Shown in pieces: positions 19,002-27,485 of a DNA stretch of 41,520 nt (the first letter of the stretch is position 1; each line of letters opens with the position of its first letter). A program made the translations under genes and the position numbers. Source of the stretch: Actinomycetota bacterium (lineage in GTDB: Bacteria > Actinomycetota > Actinomycetes > S36-B12); assembly GCA_030652695.1 (NCBI GenBank), contig JAUSQD010000075.1, positions 1-41,520 on the forward strand. The letters are read 5' to 3'. The notes under the pieces were generated by a model. That model saw only the letters and a list, made by a program, of their open reading frames with translations. It did not search any database and was not told where the DNA came from.

Positions 19002-20294
19002 ATGACAAGCTCCCAAGAGTGGTTCCAGCGCGCCCAGAGCGTGATACCTGGCGGAGTGAGCTCACCGGTGCGGGCTTTTCGATCTGTCGGTGGCACACCT
19101 CCCTATGTTGCGACGGCACACGGATCGCGCATCACAGATGTTGAAGGCAGCACCTACGTCGATCTCGTCGGTGCCTGGGGCCCAGCCATCTTGGGACACG
19201 CACATGCTGATGTCGTAGCAGCCGTCACAGCCGCTGCAAGGGACTCCTTCTCTTTTGGCGCCCCTTGCCCACCTGAGGTTGAGCTGGCTGAGGCAATCGT
19301 CAATCGTGTGGATGCAATTGAGAAGGTGCGCTTCACCAACTCCGGCACCGAAGCCGTGATGACCGCCCTGCGCATCGCGCGCGCTGCCAGCAATCGATCA
19401 GTAATCGTCAAGTTCGCTGGGTGTTATCACGGTCACGCCGATTCAATGTTGGCTGCTGCCGGATCAGGGGTGGCAACGCTTGGACTCCCTGACTCCCCCG
19501 GCGTGACTCCAGGATCGGCGCAGGACACGGTGGTACTTCCATATGGCGACATCCCCGCCCTCGAAGCACTCTTCGCGCAGCGCGGCAGTGAGATCGCTGC
19601 CGTGATCACTGAAGCGATCCCGGCGAACATGGGTGTGGTGCCACCGCCACCAGGCTTCAATCAACGACTGAGTGAACTGACCAAGGCCCATGGTGCGCTC
19701 TTCATCTTCGATGAAGTCATGACCGGCTTCCGCGTGGCTGCCGATGGCTGGTGGGGCAAGGAAGGCAAGCAAGAGCAGTGGACTCCGGACCTGTTCACCT
19801 ACGGCAAGGTCATCGGTGGTGGAATGCCTCTCGCTGCAGTAGCGGGCAGCGCAGCAATCATGGATCTGCTCGCTCCGGCAGGACCTGTCTACCAAGCCGG
19901 CACTCTCAGCGGCAATCCGCTTGCAACCACCGCCGGACTGGCCACCCTCAGGCTGTGCGTAGACGACGTCTACGACCATCTCGATGCAACAGCGAATTCG
20001 GTTGCCACGATTGTCAGCGATGCCTTCACCAAGCACGGCATCGGGCATCAAACTCAGATTGCCGGCAACCTCTTCAGCTTCTTCTTCACTGACCAAGAGG
20101 TGAAGAACTATGACGATGCCAAGACCCAGGACACTGCGCTGTTCGGACGCTTCTTTCATGCGATGCTCGACAATGGCGTGTGGCTGCCGCCTTCAGCGTA
20201 CGAAGCCTGGTTTGTCTCGGCTGCTCACAACGACGATGACCTTGCCATCATCGAAAAGGCCGCGAACGAGTCTGCGAGAATCGCCGCTCAATAG
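19002..20294 (+). CDS. hemL: Glutamate-1-semialdehyde 2,1-aminomutase
   Basis: [57 protein letters not shown]. Confidence 0.98.
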   Translation: MTSSQEWFQRAQSVIPGGVSSPVRAFRSVGGTPPYVATAHGSRITDVEGSTYVDLVGAWGPAILGHAHADVVAAVTAAARDSFSFGAPCPPEVELAEAIVNRVDAIEKVRFTNSGTEAVMTALRIARAASNRSVIVKFAGCYHGHADSMLAAAGSGVATLGLPDSPGVTPGSAQDTVVLPYGDIPALEALFAQRGSEIAAVITEAIPANMGVVPPPPGFNQRLSELTKAHGALFIFDEVMTGFRVAADGWWGKEGKQEQWTPDLFTYGKVIGGGMPLAAVAGSAAIMDLLAPAGPVYQAGTLSGNPLATTAGLATLRLCVDDVYDHLDATANSVATIVSDAFTKHGIGHQTQIAGNLFSFFFTDQEVKNYDDAKTQDTALFGRFFHAMLDNGVWLPPSAYEAWFVSAAHNDDDLAIIEKAANESARIAAQ

Positions 20295-20299
20295 TCGAG

Positions 20300-20542
20300 T
20301 TAGATGGTTCCGACAATGCGCTGGGGTTGCGCGCGAAGCGACATCACTAAGGCAACGATCCAGCCAATGATCGTCCAGCCCAACAGCAGGTTGACCCAAA
20401 ACACCGACCAGTGCGGCACATCACGAACTGCGGCGATCGCCCAAGGCAACATGTAGCCGGCACTGAGAATCGCAACGATGACCGCAACAACCTTGGTTGC
20501 TGTCCACGAACGCTTGGCAGGCTCGATCTGAAACTGACTCAT
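20300..20542 (-). CDS. Superinfection-immunity (T4 Imm-like) small membrane protein
   Basis: YMLPWAIAAVR....VFWVNLLLGWTIIGWIVALVMS matches the Imm_superinfect pattern; TACGAT -10 lies 7 nt before ATG 20542. Confidence 0.8.
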   Translation of the reverse strand: MSQFQIEPAKRSWTATKVVAVIVAILSAGYMLPWAIAAVRDVPHWSVFWVNLLLGWTIIGWIVALVMSLRAQPQRIVGTI

Positions 20543-20634
20543 AATCCCGATCGTAAGGGCAAGGGGGCCACGCCCGATTCGCGAGCCACCCAACTTCTCA
20601 AGCGTCACTGCAACAGGAAAGAATGACCAACCGA

Positions 20635-20707
20635 GCGCCCGTAGCTCAATGGATAGAGCAACAGGTTTCTACCCTGTTGGTTGGGGGTTCGAGTCCCTCC
20701 GGGCGCA
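20635..20707 (+). tRNA. tRNA-Arg (anticodon TCT)
   Basis: Acceptor GCGCCCG/CGGGCGC, D-arm GCTC-AATGGATA-GAGC, anticodon arm ACAGG-TTTCTAC-CCTGT, T-arm GGGGG-TTCGAGT-CCCTC; CCA not encoded. Confidence 0.97.
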
Positions 20708-20896
20708 CGTTAGTGAGGAGATGGCTGTACTGGGCTCAGGCATGCGGCGCCAGCTCGATGCTGTGTCCCTATTTGTGTGGCAACCGTCGCAAGTTCGCAG
20801 TGGCTATTCCAAGGATGCGGTCAGTTTTGCACAATTGATCTATGCCCACCGACCGATGTCGGCTATGGCTATCGATGCACCAGAGAGGTGAGGCAG

Positions 20897-21136
20897 ATGG
20901 ATCAGCAAGAGGAATACACCGGAATGCTGGAGTCTGAACTGGCGGAGGTAGACAAGATCAGGCTGCTGAACGCACTGGGTGCCGTTGACTTCAGCGAGCG
21001 GAAGCTCGTCGATGTGCTGGTTGCCTGGGGGACGCTCTTCGACGACATTGAAGACATGGACAGCACTGATGAAGCGGTCCTTGCTGCGCTCATCGCAGTC
21101 CGTGACAACCCCGACCTACCGCACACAAACATGTAG
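20897..21136 (+). CDS. Small acidic hypothetical protein (79 aa)
   Basis: GAGGTGAGG SD before ATG; coding-like helical, very acidic sequence. Confidence 0.7.
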   Translation: MDQQEEYTGMLESELAEVDKIRLLNALGAVDFSERKLVDVLVAWGTLFDDIEDMDSTDEAVLAALIAVRDNPDLPHTNM

Positions 21137-21206
21137 AGCAGTGGGCTCGGGTCCTTGCCGGACTACCCTTCCGACCGCCCGCAAGAGACCCTGCGAGAGG
21201 CAATAG

Positions 21207-21560
21207 ATGAAGATAAGCATCACAATCGATTGCCCTGACCCTGACCAGTTGGCCGAATTCTGGGTGCAATTCCTTGGTTACGTGCCTCGTCCCGATGATG
21301 GGGACGGAACCTATGTCACGATCGATCGGCCTGATGGGGTTGATGGGCCACCGACCCTTACGTTCCAGAGGGTTTGTGAACCGAAGATCACAAAGGTCCG
21401 AATGCACCTCGATGTCTACGTCGAACACGCGGCACCGATTGTCACCGCGATGATCGCAGCCGGTGCGACTTCACTCACGACCAAAGAAGCCGGGCAGTGG
21501 ACGACACGAGTACTCCAAGACCCGGCAGGCAATGAGTTCTGCGTGATCGGACCAGACTGA
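21207..21560 (+). CDS. VOC/glyoxalase-like family protein
   Basis: ITIDCPDPDQLAEFW...LTFQRV.EPK...RMHLDV...VLQDPAGNEFCV. Confidence 0.92.
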   Translation: MKISITIDCPDPDQLAEFWVQFLGYVPRPDDGDGTYVTIDRPDGVDGPPTLTFQRVCEPKITKVRMHLDVYVEHAAPIVTAMIAAGATSLTTKEAGQWTTRVLQDPAGNEFCVIGPD

Positions 21561-21678
21561 TGTGGCAAACCTAGAAGCAAGAGGCATGTTGCTTTGGGTT
21601 CGAGTCTTCGGACGCACTTCCAAGCACGTTGCAGCACTCGAGATTGATGCGGTCTAGTCGGGATTGCGAAGCCAGGGC

Positions 21679-21707
21679 TTGACGTTCCACTTGCATTTTG
21701 CAAGTAT
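21679..21707 (+). promoter_or_regulatory. Promoter with inverted-repeat operator (ACTTGCA-TTT-TGCAAGT, 21689-21705) for VOC-HxlR operon
   Basis: TTGACG at 21679, 17-nt spacer, AAGTAT, ATG 7 nt later; perfect 7-3-7 palindrome in the spacer and -10. Confidence 0.65.
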
Positions 21708-21714
21708 CTCTCAC

Positions 21715-22119
21715 ATGAGCCTCTTCATCACCTGCCCCGTGGACAACGTCGAGCGCGCGACTGCGTTCTACTCAGCCCTCGGCTGGACTCTCAATGCTGA
21801 GATGTCCGATCACAACGTGTCCTGCTTCGCGATCGCGCCCGAGCAGTACGTCATGCTCGGCAGCCGTGAGATGTACGCGAACGTCGGGGGCACCGAGGAG
21901 CTGATCGGCGGACCCGACACACCTTCGAAGGTCACAGTCTCGTTCGACCTCACTAGCCGAGAGGCAGTCGACGCGCTCATCGAGCGCGCCGGCGCCGCAG
22001 GAGCACGGATCGGCGACACCGACGACTACCCCTTCATGTACCAGCGCCAGTTCGACGATCTGGACGGATACCACTATTCGCCGTTTTGGATGAAGCCGGA
22101 GGCCGAACTAACCAAGTGA
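21715..22119 (+). CDS. VOC family protein
   Basis: LFITCPVDNVERATAFYSALGW...SREAVDALIERAGAAGA...FMYQRQFDDLDGYH. Confidence 0.9.
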   Translation: MSLFITCPVDNVERATAFYSALGWTLNAEMSDHNVSCFAIAPEQYVMLGSREMYANVGGTEELIGGPDTPSKVTVSFDLTSREAVDALIERAGAAGARIGDTDDYPFMYQRQFDDLDGYHYSPFWMKPEAELTK

Positions 22120-22397
22120 GCGACCTGGCCGCGGCCCTCGACATCGTCGGAGCGCGGTGGGCTCTGCTCGTCGTGGAGCAGATGCTCGACGAGCCGAAGC
22201 GCTACGGCGACCTGCAGCGCGACCTCGGAGTGCCGACTAACATCCTGGCGACCCGCCTGCGCGAGCTCGAGGTGGCCGGCGTACTTGTCCGTCTGCCCCT
22301 CCGGCACAACACCCGGGCATACGCGCTGACCGAGCGTGGGCGTGCCTTGCGCGAGGCGATTATCGCGCTCGGAAACTGGGGCGCAGAGGAGGCCTAG
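22116..22397 (+). CDS. HxlR-family winged-helix transcriptional regulator
   Basis: ALDIVGARWALLVV...RYGDLQRDLGVPTNILATRLRELE...YALTERGRAL; GTGA overlap with the VOC gene. Confidence 0.92.
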   Translation: MSDLAAALDIVGARWALLVVEQMLDEPKRYGDLQRDLGVPTNILATRLRELEVAGVLVRLPLRHNTRAYALTERGRALREAIIALGNWGAEEA

Positions 22398-22702
22398 GTG
22401 CAGTGCCAAGAGCCCAAGTCGACGCCCAATTGCTCGTCAGGGTGCAGGGCAACCGCACACCCTTCGTTTCTGCATCAGAGCTTGAGCATTCCGAGCCACG
22501 CCATCCTCGGGAAGCTATATTTGGACGCCAATGGCTTTCGTGTTACCTGCAATTGCACATGCGTAGGAATGGGAAGGGAGCCGATGCATATGTCGCACGC
22601 CCAAGAGCTAGCAGTGACCGGTGCTCGTTTATGTCGGAACTCCAACTGCGTGATGCTGGACGCAAGTCGTCGCTTCCAACGCTGCACATCGAGCATTGAA
22701 GG

Positions 22703-22939
22703 ATGACCGCCCCATCTGAGAACGAGGAAGATCAGCCTTCTGTCACGGTCTATCCAGACGGACCACTGATTTTGCGAGGTGGAATCGTCGTAAAGGATGT
22801 CAACGGCGTTGTCCTGTCTTCGGGACAAGTGGTTGCGCTCTGCAGGTGCGGCCGGTCAGCCACCAAGCCCTTTTGCGACAGCAGCCACAAGCGCGGCGTC
22901 TTGGACTCGGGGCAAGCCCAGAACTTATCCAGCAAGTAG
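22703..22939 (+). CDS. CDGSH iron-sulfur domain protein
   Basis: YPDGPLILRG...VALCRCGRSATKPFCDSSH. Confidence 0.9.
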   Translation: MTAPSENEEDQPSVTVYPDGPLILRGGIVVKDVNGVVLSSGQVVALCRCGRSATKPFCDSSHKRGVLDSGQAQNLSSK

Positions 22940-23935
22940 CGCTCTGGGTCGCTCGTGCCTGAGTGAGCTCTCGCCCAGGGACCATCGGCCGAGCACGTGC
23001 TCTGCGAATCGCGCTTCAAGGTGGAGACTCACCGCTGCCCCAAAGAGAATGTCTTCGCCCAGCTCGGGCTCAGACTCAACCAGGCTCCCACACAGGTCAT
23101 ACACGGCAGTCTGCTCGTGCAGCGAGTCAGCCGTGATGTGCACGTCGTAGAACCGGCACGCGCCATCGTCAGCACCGATCCGGCGAAGGCCCCGACTGAT
23201 GCGGCGGCTCGGATCCGATGAGTTCATCTCGAAGGCTGCAAGGTGACCGACGAGTGATCCACGCAACGCTCGATGCAGTCCGAACATGGAGATGACGTTG
23301 CTCAGGGCAAGGGTGATGCCCGGAGCCGACTCGATGTGCGCTCCGTAACCGTCGGCGATATCAAGGAAACGCAGCACTCTCGTGAAGAGATGAGAATGCA
23401 TCCGTGCGAGCTCGCCGTTTCCGTACTCGTCCATCTGAATCTCAACCAGGGCTGCCTTCGGACGGCCGGAAAGCCGAGGGATTCCCCAGGTGTGAGGGTC
23501 TGCCTCCTTCAACTGGTAGATCGAGCGATGCATCATGTATTCGCGGAACTGCGCGATTGTCGCCTGCCTTTGCAGGTATCGCGCTGGGGACTTTCCTGCA
23601 TCCTCACCAACGAGGGTCCACAGCTGGTCAGCAATCGAAGTGCCTTCGTTCCAGGGCACCTTTACATCCCTACGGAGGCCATCAAGCATGCGGTTTTCCA
23701 GCGCGGCTCGAAAGGCGATCAATTCGGGCTGCCACTCCCAGTCGTCCGACACATCGTCAAAGCCGAGGTAGTGGAGCTCATAGCACGTCCACAGACACAG
23801 TTGCAGGTCGTCGTCACCGACAGCGTCGGGGATAAGCGGAACCTGGTGAGCGTATGGAAGCCCCTGCGGATCGTTGGCATGAAGTGCCACGAACAACTTG
23901 GCAGAGAGGGGGCCACGAGGAGTGGGGAGAAGCAT
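22925..23935 (-). CDS. Iron-containing redox enzyme (heme-oxygenase-like diiron, Haem_oxygenas_2-type)
   Basis: CYELHYLGF, RSIYQLKEADPH, EIQMDEYGNG...MHSHLF, FEMNS, FYDVHITADSLHE; GGAGG SD before ATG 23935. Confidence 0.88.
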   Translation of the reverse strand: MLLPTPRGPLSAKLFVALHANDPQGLPYAHQVPLIPDAVGDDDLQLCLWTCYELHYLGFDDVSDDWEWQPELIAFRAALENRMLDGLRRDVKVPWNEGTSIADQLWTLVGEDAGKSPARYLQRQATIAQFREYMMHRSIYQLKEADPHTWGIPRLSGRPKAALVEIQMDEYGNGELARMHSHLFTRVLRFLDIADGYGAHIESAPGITLALSNVISMFGLHRALRGSLVGHLAAFEMNSSDPSRRISRGLRRIGADDGACRFYDVHITADSLHEQTAVYDLCGSLVESEPELGEDILFGAAVSLHLEARFAEHVLGRWSLGESSLRHERPRALLAG

Positions 23936-24164
23936 GGTGCCTCCAGTTGTGGATCCGGGATAGTGAAGATTTACTGAATCTAACGACGACCCGATCCCAG
24001 ATCCATCCCAAAGTCGCACGCGATGCGATTTGTTGACACTCGCGCATGAGTTGAATGGGCGATCGATCAACCGTCACAGTCCTGGGCGACTTCAGCGCCG
24101 CGGACAACATTCAAAGTATCCCCATTTCCACGCTGACTGGCGAGGGTTCGACTTCACCGTGGTG

Positions 24165-24644
24165 TCAGGAACTCGGTCGTTCAGTTGCGCCTGTGACGCG
24201 CAGGACAAGTGGCACGACGATCCAGGCGACTGCTGCCAGGACAGCGGATCCAATAGCCAGCCATGGTGTGCTGTCAGGAAATACAACGGAGCTGACCAGG
24301 AGCATGCCCATCACAATGCCGATTGCAAGAAGCGCGATGCCGAAGGAAGCAAACACGTGGGTTACGAATACCAACTGTGGCCGCATTCCCTGGCGAAAAT
24401 TCCATCGGTGGAAGGCCACAGGCGCAACCAGAACCGTGATTGCCGATGCGACAACGAATAGCGTCCATCCATACAGCGAGCGCTGACCGTCATTGAGTTC
24501 CTTGAATACTGGAGTGAAGGCAACGCCGAACAGAAACGCAAAGAAGAGTTGCCCACCGGTTTGCACGACTCGCAGTTCTTGGAGGATTTCCGCAAAATCG
24601 CGGTCAACATCGCGCTTCTCCTCATGACGCTCCAACTGGGCCAC
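24165..24644 (-). CDS. DUF6328-like membrane protein
   Basis: DRDFAEILQELRVVQTGGQLFFAFL...APVAFHR; four TM segments; GAAGGG before GTG. Confidence 0.8.
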   Translation of the reverse strand: MAQLERHEEKRDVDRDFAEILQELRVVQTGGQLFFAFLFGVAFTPVFKELNDGQRSLYGWTLFVVASAITVLVAPVAFHRWNFRQGMRPQLVFVTHVFASFGIALLAIGIVMGMLLVSSVVFPDSTPWLAIGSAVLAAVAWIVVPLVLRVTGATERPSS

Positions 24645-24801
24645 CCCTTCGGTTGAGTTCAGCCAGCACACTTCCTACTTCGAAATCTTCGCACCGGGTG
24701 CCTCATTTTGTTTGGTAAATCGGACGACCTGTAGTCATCGGCCGGCGCTATTGTGAAAACTGCCCACGCTTCCCCCCGAGCACATTGCCGTTGGAGACGC
24801 T

Positions 24802-25854
24802 ATGACACAGCAGTTGCTCGTCGTTCCCAGCATGAGCAACAACCTGCTGACCGTGCTCGATCTCAACGCTCACGCAGTTCTGCGACATGTGCCATTGCCC
24901 AAGCGCGGCCCAAGCACTGCCTTCGCCTCACCCGACGGGGACAAGATGTACGCCCTGGCGAGCGGTGGGAACGACGTCGTAGTGATGGATACCCACACCT
25001 GGACGGTTGACCGCGTCATCCCAGTCAAAGGCACGATCATCGATCGCGGCAAGCTTCCCGCTGCCGGCCGCAACTTCTGGACGGCGGTCATTCCTCAAGG
25101 ACATATCCACCAGGTGGACACTGATTCTGGGAGAGTACTGAGGAGTTTCGAGAAGGCTGGGCCGTGCTTCACGGTCAATGCCGATGAGACTCTGCTGTTC
25201 ACACTCGATCAGGACAAGCGCAAGAAGCCTGGCCATTTCAGAGTCTGGTCAGTGGCAAGCGGTGAACTTCTTGCAGAAACTGCGACTCCCCCACTGCAAG
25301 GATTCACACTGGGAATGTGGACTGATGGCGCCAACGTGTACTGGTGTGAGCTTGCCAAAGCAGGTGCCGTGCATGTCATGGATGTCTCAGAGGCAGCTGC
25401 GCCGAAATACCGCACCCGCGTACCCGTTGGCTCGGCTCCGCTGGCGATCAGCATTCACCCAGACGGCACCATGTGGGTCCCCAATTCAGCTGATGGCACG
25501 GTCTCAGTTATTGACACACAGACACAGAAGGTCATCCACACACTCGACGTCAGTCACTACGTGGGCTCGATCTCGTACATCGACGGTCGCGTCTATCTCG
25601 TGCAGACGACCAAGCATGCACGAGTGAGTTTCTGGAAGTCCATGTGGATCACGATTCCGGCGCCCTATCTAGGCGTCTACATCACCAAGAAATCGGGCGC
25701 CCCGAAGACTCGACGATTCCTCGACATCCCTGCAGAGGTTGTGGCATACGACGCCATTACCTACGAGCGACTGCCTTGGCCAGCGATGACTCTGCCTTCC
25801 ATTGGCTTCTCGGGAGCGGTCATTGCGCGGGACCAATCTGGCGGGACTGGGTAG
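24802..25854 (+). CDS. YncE/YVTN-like beta-propeller protein
   Basis: Repeats SPDGDKMY...DVVVMDT, RVPVGSAPLAISIHPDGTMWVPNSADGTVSVIDTQTQKVI; no signal peptide. Confidence 0.8.
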   Translation: MTQQLLVVPSMSNNLLTVLDLNAHAVLRHVPLPKRGPSTAFASPDGDKMYALASGGNDVVVMDTHTWTVDRVIPVKGTIIDRGKLPAAGRNFWTAVIPQGHIHQVDTDSGRVLRSFEKAGPCFTVNADETLLFTLDQDKRKKPGHFRVWSVASGELLAETATPPLQGFTLGMWTDGANVYWCELAKAGAVHVMDVSEAAAPKYRTRVPVGSAPLAISIHPDGTMWVPNSADGTVSVIDTQTQKVIHTLDVSHYVGSISYIDGRVYLVQTTKHARVSFWKSMWITIPAPYLGVYITKKSGAPKTRRFLDIPAEVVAYDAITYERLPWPAMTLPSIGFSGAVIARDQSGGTG

Positions 25855-25865
25855 TTCAGGGCCAG

Positions 25866-26509
25866 TTACCTTGGCCCATTGATCAACTCGCGCAATCGCA
25901 ACAATGCCGGGCCAGTGTCATCAGCCCAGAAGGACAGCTTCGAGAATCTGTAGTTGCCGCCTGGGAGCTGCGCAGTCTGAGTGTCGATCAGATGCACATG
26001 CATATTGACCTGACTCGACATCGCGATGATCAGATGCTGGTTGTCTTCTGGGTCGAGTTGCACAGTGCGCGACTCCATGAGGCTGCGCGTGTGGGCTCGC
26101 ACTTCGTTGATGTTGTCTATGGGGATCACCACTTCAATGGTGTGACCGTTGCGAACCCGCAGTCCATCGGACTCCAAGAGATGCGGATACACGATGAGGC
26201 CGGCCAAGAGGCCGAACATCCACACCAAGCCCCAAATACTGACGATGAGCAGTGGCCAACGGACCCAGGCCACGGCACGAGGTAGTGGACCACTGCCATT
26301 TCAAGCGCTGATGCACCGATCCATAACCAGATTGTTGACTTGACGATGTCGACATACGGCACGGCCAAAGACTCGTGGTTGCCAACGTCGGGTCGGCGAC
26401 GGATCCAACGGGCGAGGTTTGCATAGATCCCACGCTCAAACCGCATTGCACGACGCCAAATGCTCGTGCCAGACGTGTCTGGATTTGGGCGCACCTCCGC
26501 TTCAGTCAT
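25866..26509 (-). pseudogene. Conserved actinobacterial membrane protein with 1-bp frameshift near 26270
   Basis: 5' ORF ...LEMAVVHYLVPW continues in another frame as AWVRWPLLIVSIWGLVWMFG...PHLL...LRVR; inserting one G (TGG GCC) fuses them; ATGA overlap with upstream MarR. Confidence 0.8.
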
Positions 26510-26961
26510 TTCGATCCTTCCTCGACTAACGGTCGAAGGGTGGCCAGAAGATGATCAAGTGATCGGGTGAGCGGCTCTAACAGGTCGTCTGGGAAGTCGT
26601 TGAACAACGCCGTCGCGAATCGCTGCTGGTCCTTCTGCAGTCGCTTCATCACTGCGCGTCCCTGGGTCGTCAATGTCACGACCGAAGCACGGCGGTCGGT
26701 GGCATGCGGTCCGCGGGTCACCAGACCGATCAACTCCAGTCCATCGACGAGATCAGTGACTGAACGCGGAACAATGCCGAGTTGATCAGCAAGAGCCCGA
26801 TGAGTGTGTGGGCCCGACATCCCAAGGACCCACACCAGTTGCACTCGACTGGGCGTGAGTCCCATTCGATCCAGACTCACGCGCTGGTCCTGTTCAAGCA
26901 AGAAGCCAAGCTCGATTACTCGGTCGAGTGCGTGAATCCATTCCTGGCGTGCCACTGTCAT
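26506..26961 (-). CDS. MarR-family transcriptional regulator
   Basis: GLTPSRVQLVWVL...LADQLGIVPRSVTDLVDGLE..GLVTR.PHATDRRASVVTLTTQG. Confidence 0.93.
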   Translation of the reverse strand: MTVARQEWIHALDRVIELGFLLEQDQRVSLDRMGLTPSRVQLVWVLGMSGPHTHRALADQLGIVPRSVTDLVDGLELIGLVTRGPHATDRRASVVTLTTQGRAVMKRLQKDQQRFATALFNDFPDDLLEPLTRSLDHLLATLRPLVEEGSK

Positions 26962-27000
26962 GTACTGAGGCTACCTCACTAAGAGGTTTCCTCAGTACAT
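26960..27000. promoter_or_regulatory. Double MarR operator / 41-bp nested palindrome overlapping leaderless -10 (TAGCCT)
   Basis: ATGTACTGAGG-CT-ACCTC-ACTAA-GAGGT-TT-CCTCAGTACAT; contains two GAGG-N3-CCTC sites. Confidence 0.75.
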
Positions 27001-27065
27001 TGGCAAATCCCCGATCACCCGATAGTTTCGGATAGACAGGCTGCGATTGTGCAAGGGGGGCAGGG

Positions 27066-27473
27066 ATGGCGGAGATCAAGACCAAGCCGACGACGGTGAG
27101 CGTCGACTCATTTCTTGACGCGGTGGAGAAGTCGTCCCGCCGGGCGGACGGCAAGGAATTGCGCGCGATGATGGAGCGCGTAACCGGCGAGCCGGCGGTG
27201 ATGTGGGGTCCATCGATCATCGGCTTTGGCACGTACCACTACAAGTACGACAGCGGTCACGAGGCCGATATGTGCCGGGTTGGTTTCTCGCCTCGCTCAG
27301 CCAACCTCGTCTTGTACGTTGGAGACTTCCCTGAATTTGAAGCGTTGCTGGCGAAACTGGGAAAGCACAAGCGTTCCAAGGCATGTGTCTATCTCAACAA
27401 GTTGGCAGACGTGGACGCCTCCGTTCTTGAAGAAATCGTCCGGCTGACCTATGAGGCAACCACAGCAGCCTGA
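27066..27473 (+). CDS. DUF1801 (YdhG-like) protein
   Basis: KTKPTTVSVDSFL...MWGPSIIGFGTYHYKYDSG...GFSPR...LGKHKRSKACVYLNKLADVD. Confidence 0.9.
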   Translation: MAEIKTKPTTVSVDSFLDAVEKSSRRADGKELRAMMERVTGEPAVMWGPSIIGFGTYHYKYDSGHEADMCRVGFSPRSANLVLYVGDFPEFEALLAKLGKHKRSKACVYLNKLADVDASVLEEIVRLTYEATTAA

Positions 27474-27485
27474 GCAAGGCCTTGC

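Noticed and set aside
20635-20707. Functional link between the tRNA and HemA
   Set aside because: HemA uses tRNA-Glu; this tRNA has anticodon TCT (Arg)
21146-21197. Imperfect hairpin between the acidic ORF and the first VOC gene
   Set aside because: Short interrupted stem with a large loop; not distinguishable from chance in GC-rich DNA
22398-22702. ORFs 22398..22706, 22403..22699 and 22475..22828 in the gap after HxlR
   Set aside because: No SD, atypical composition and no recognisable motif; treated as intergenic or decayed sequence
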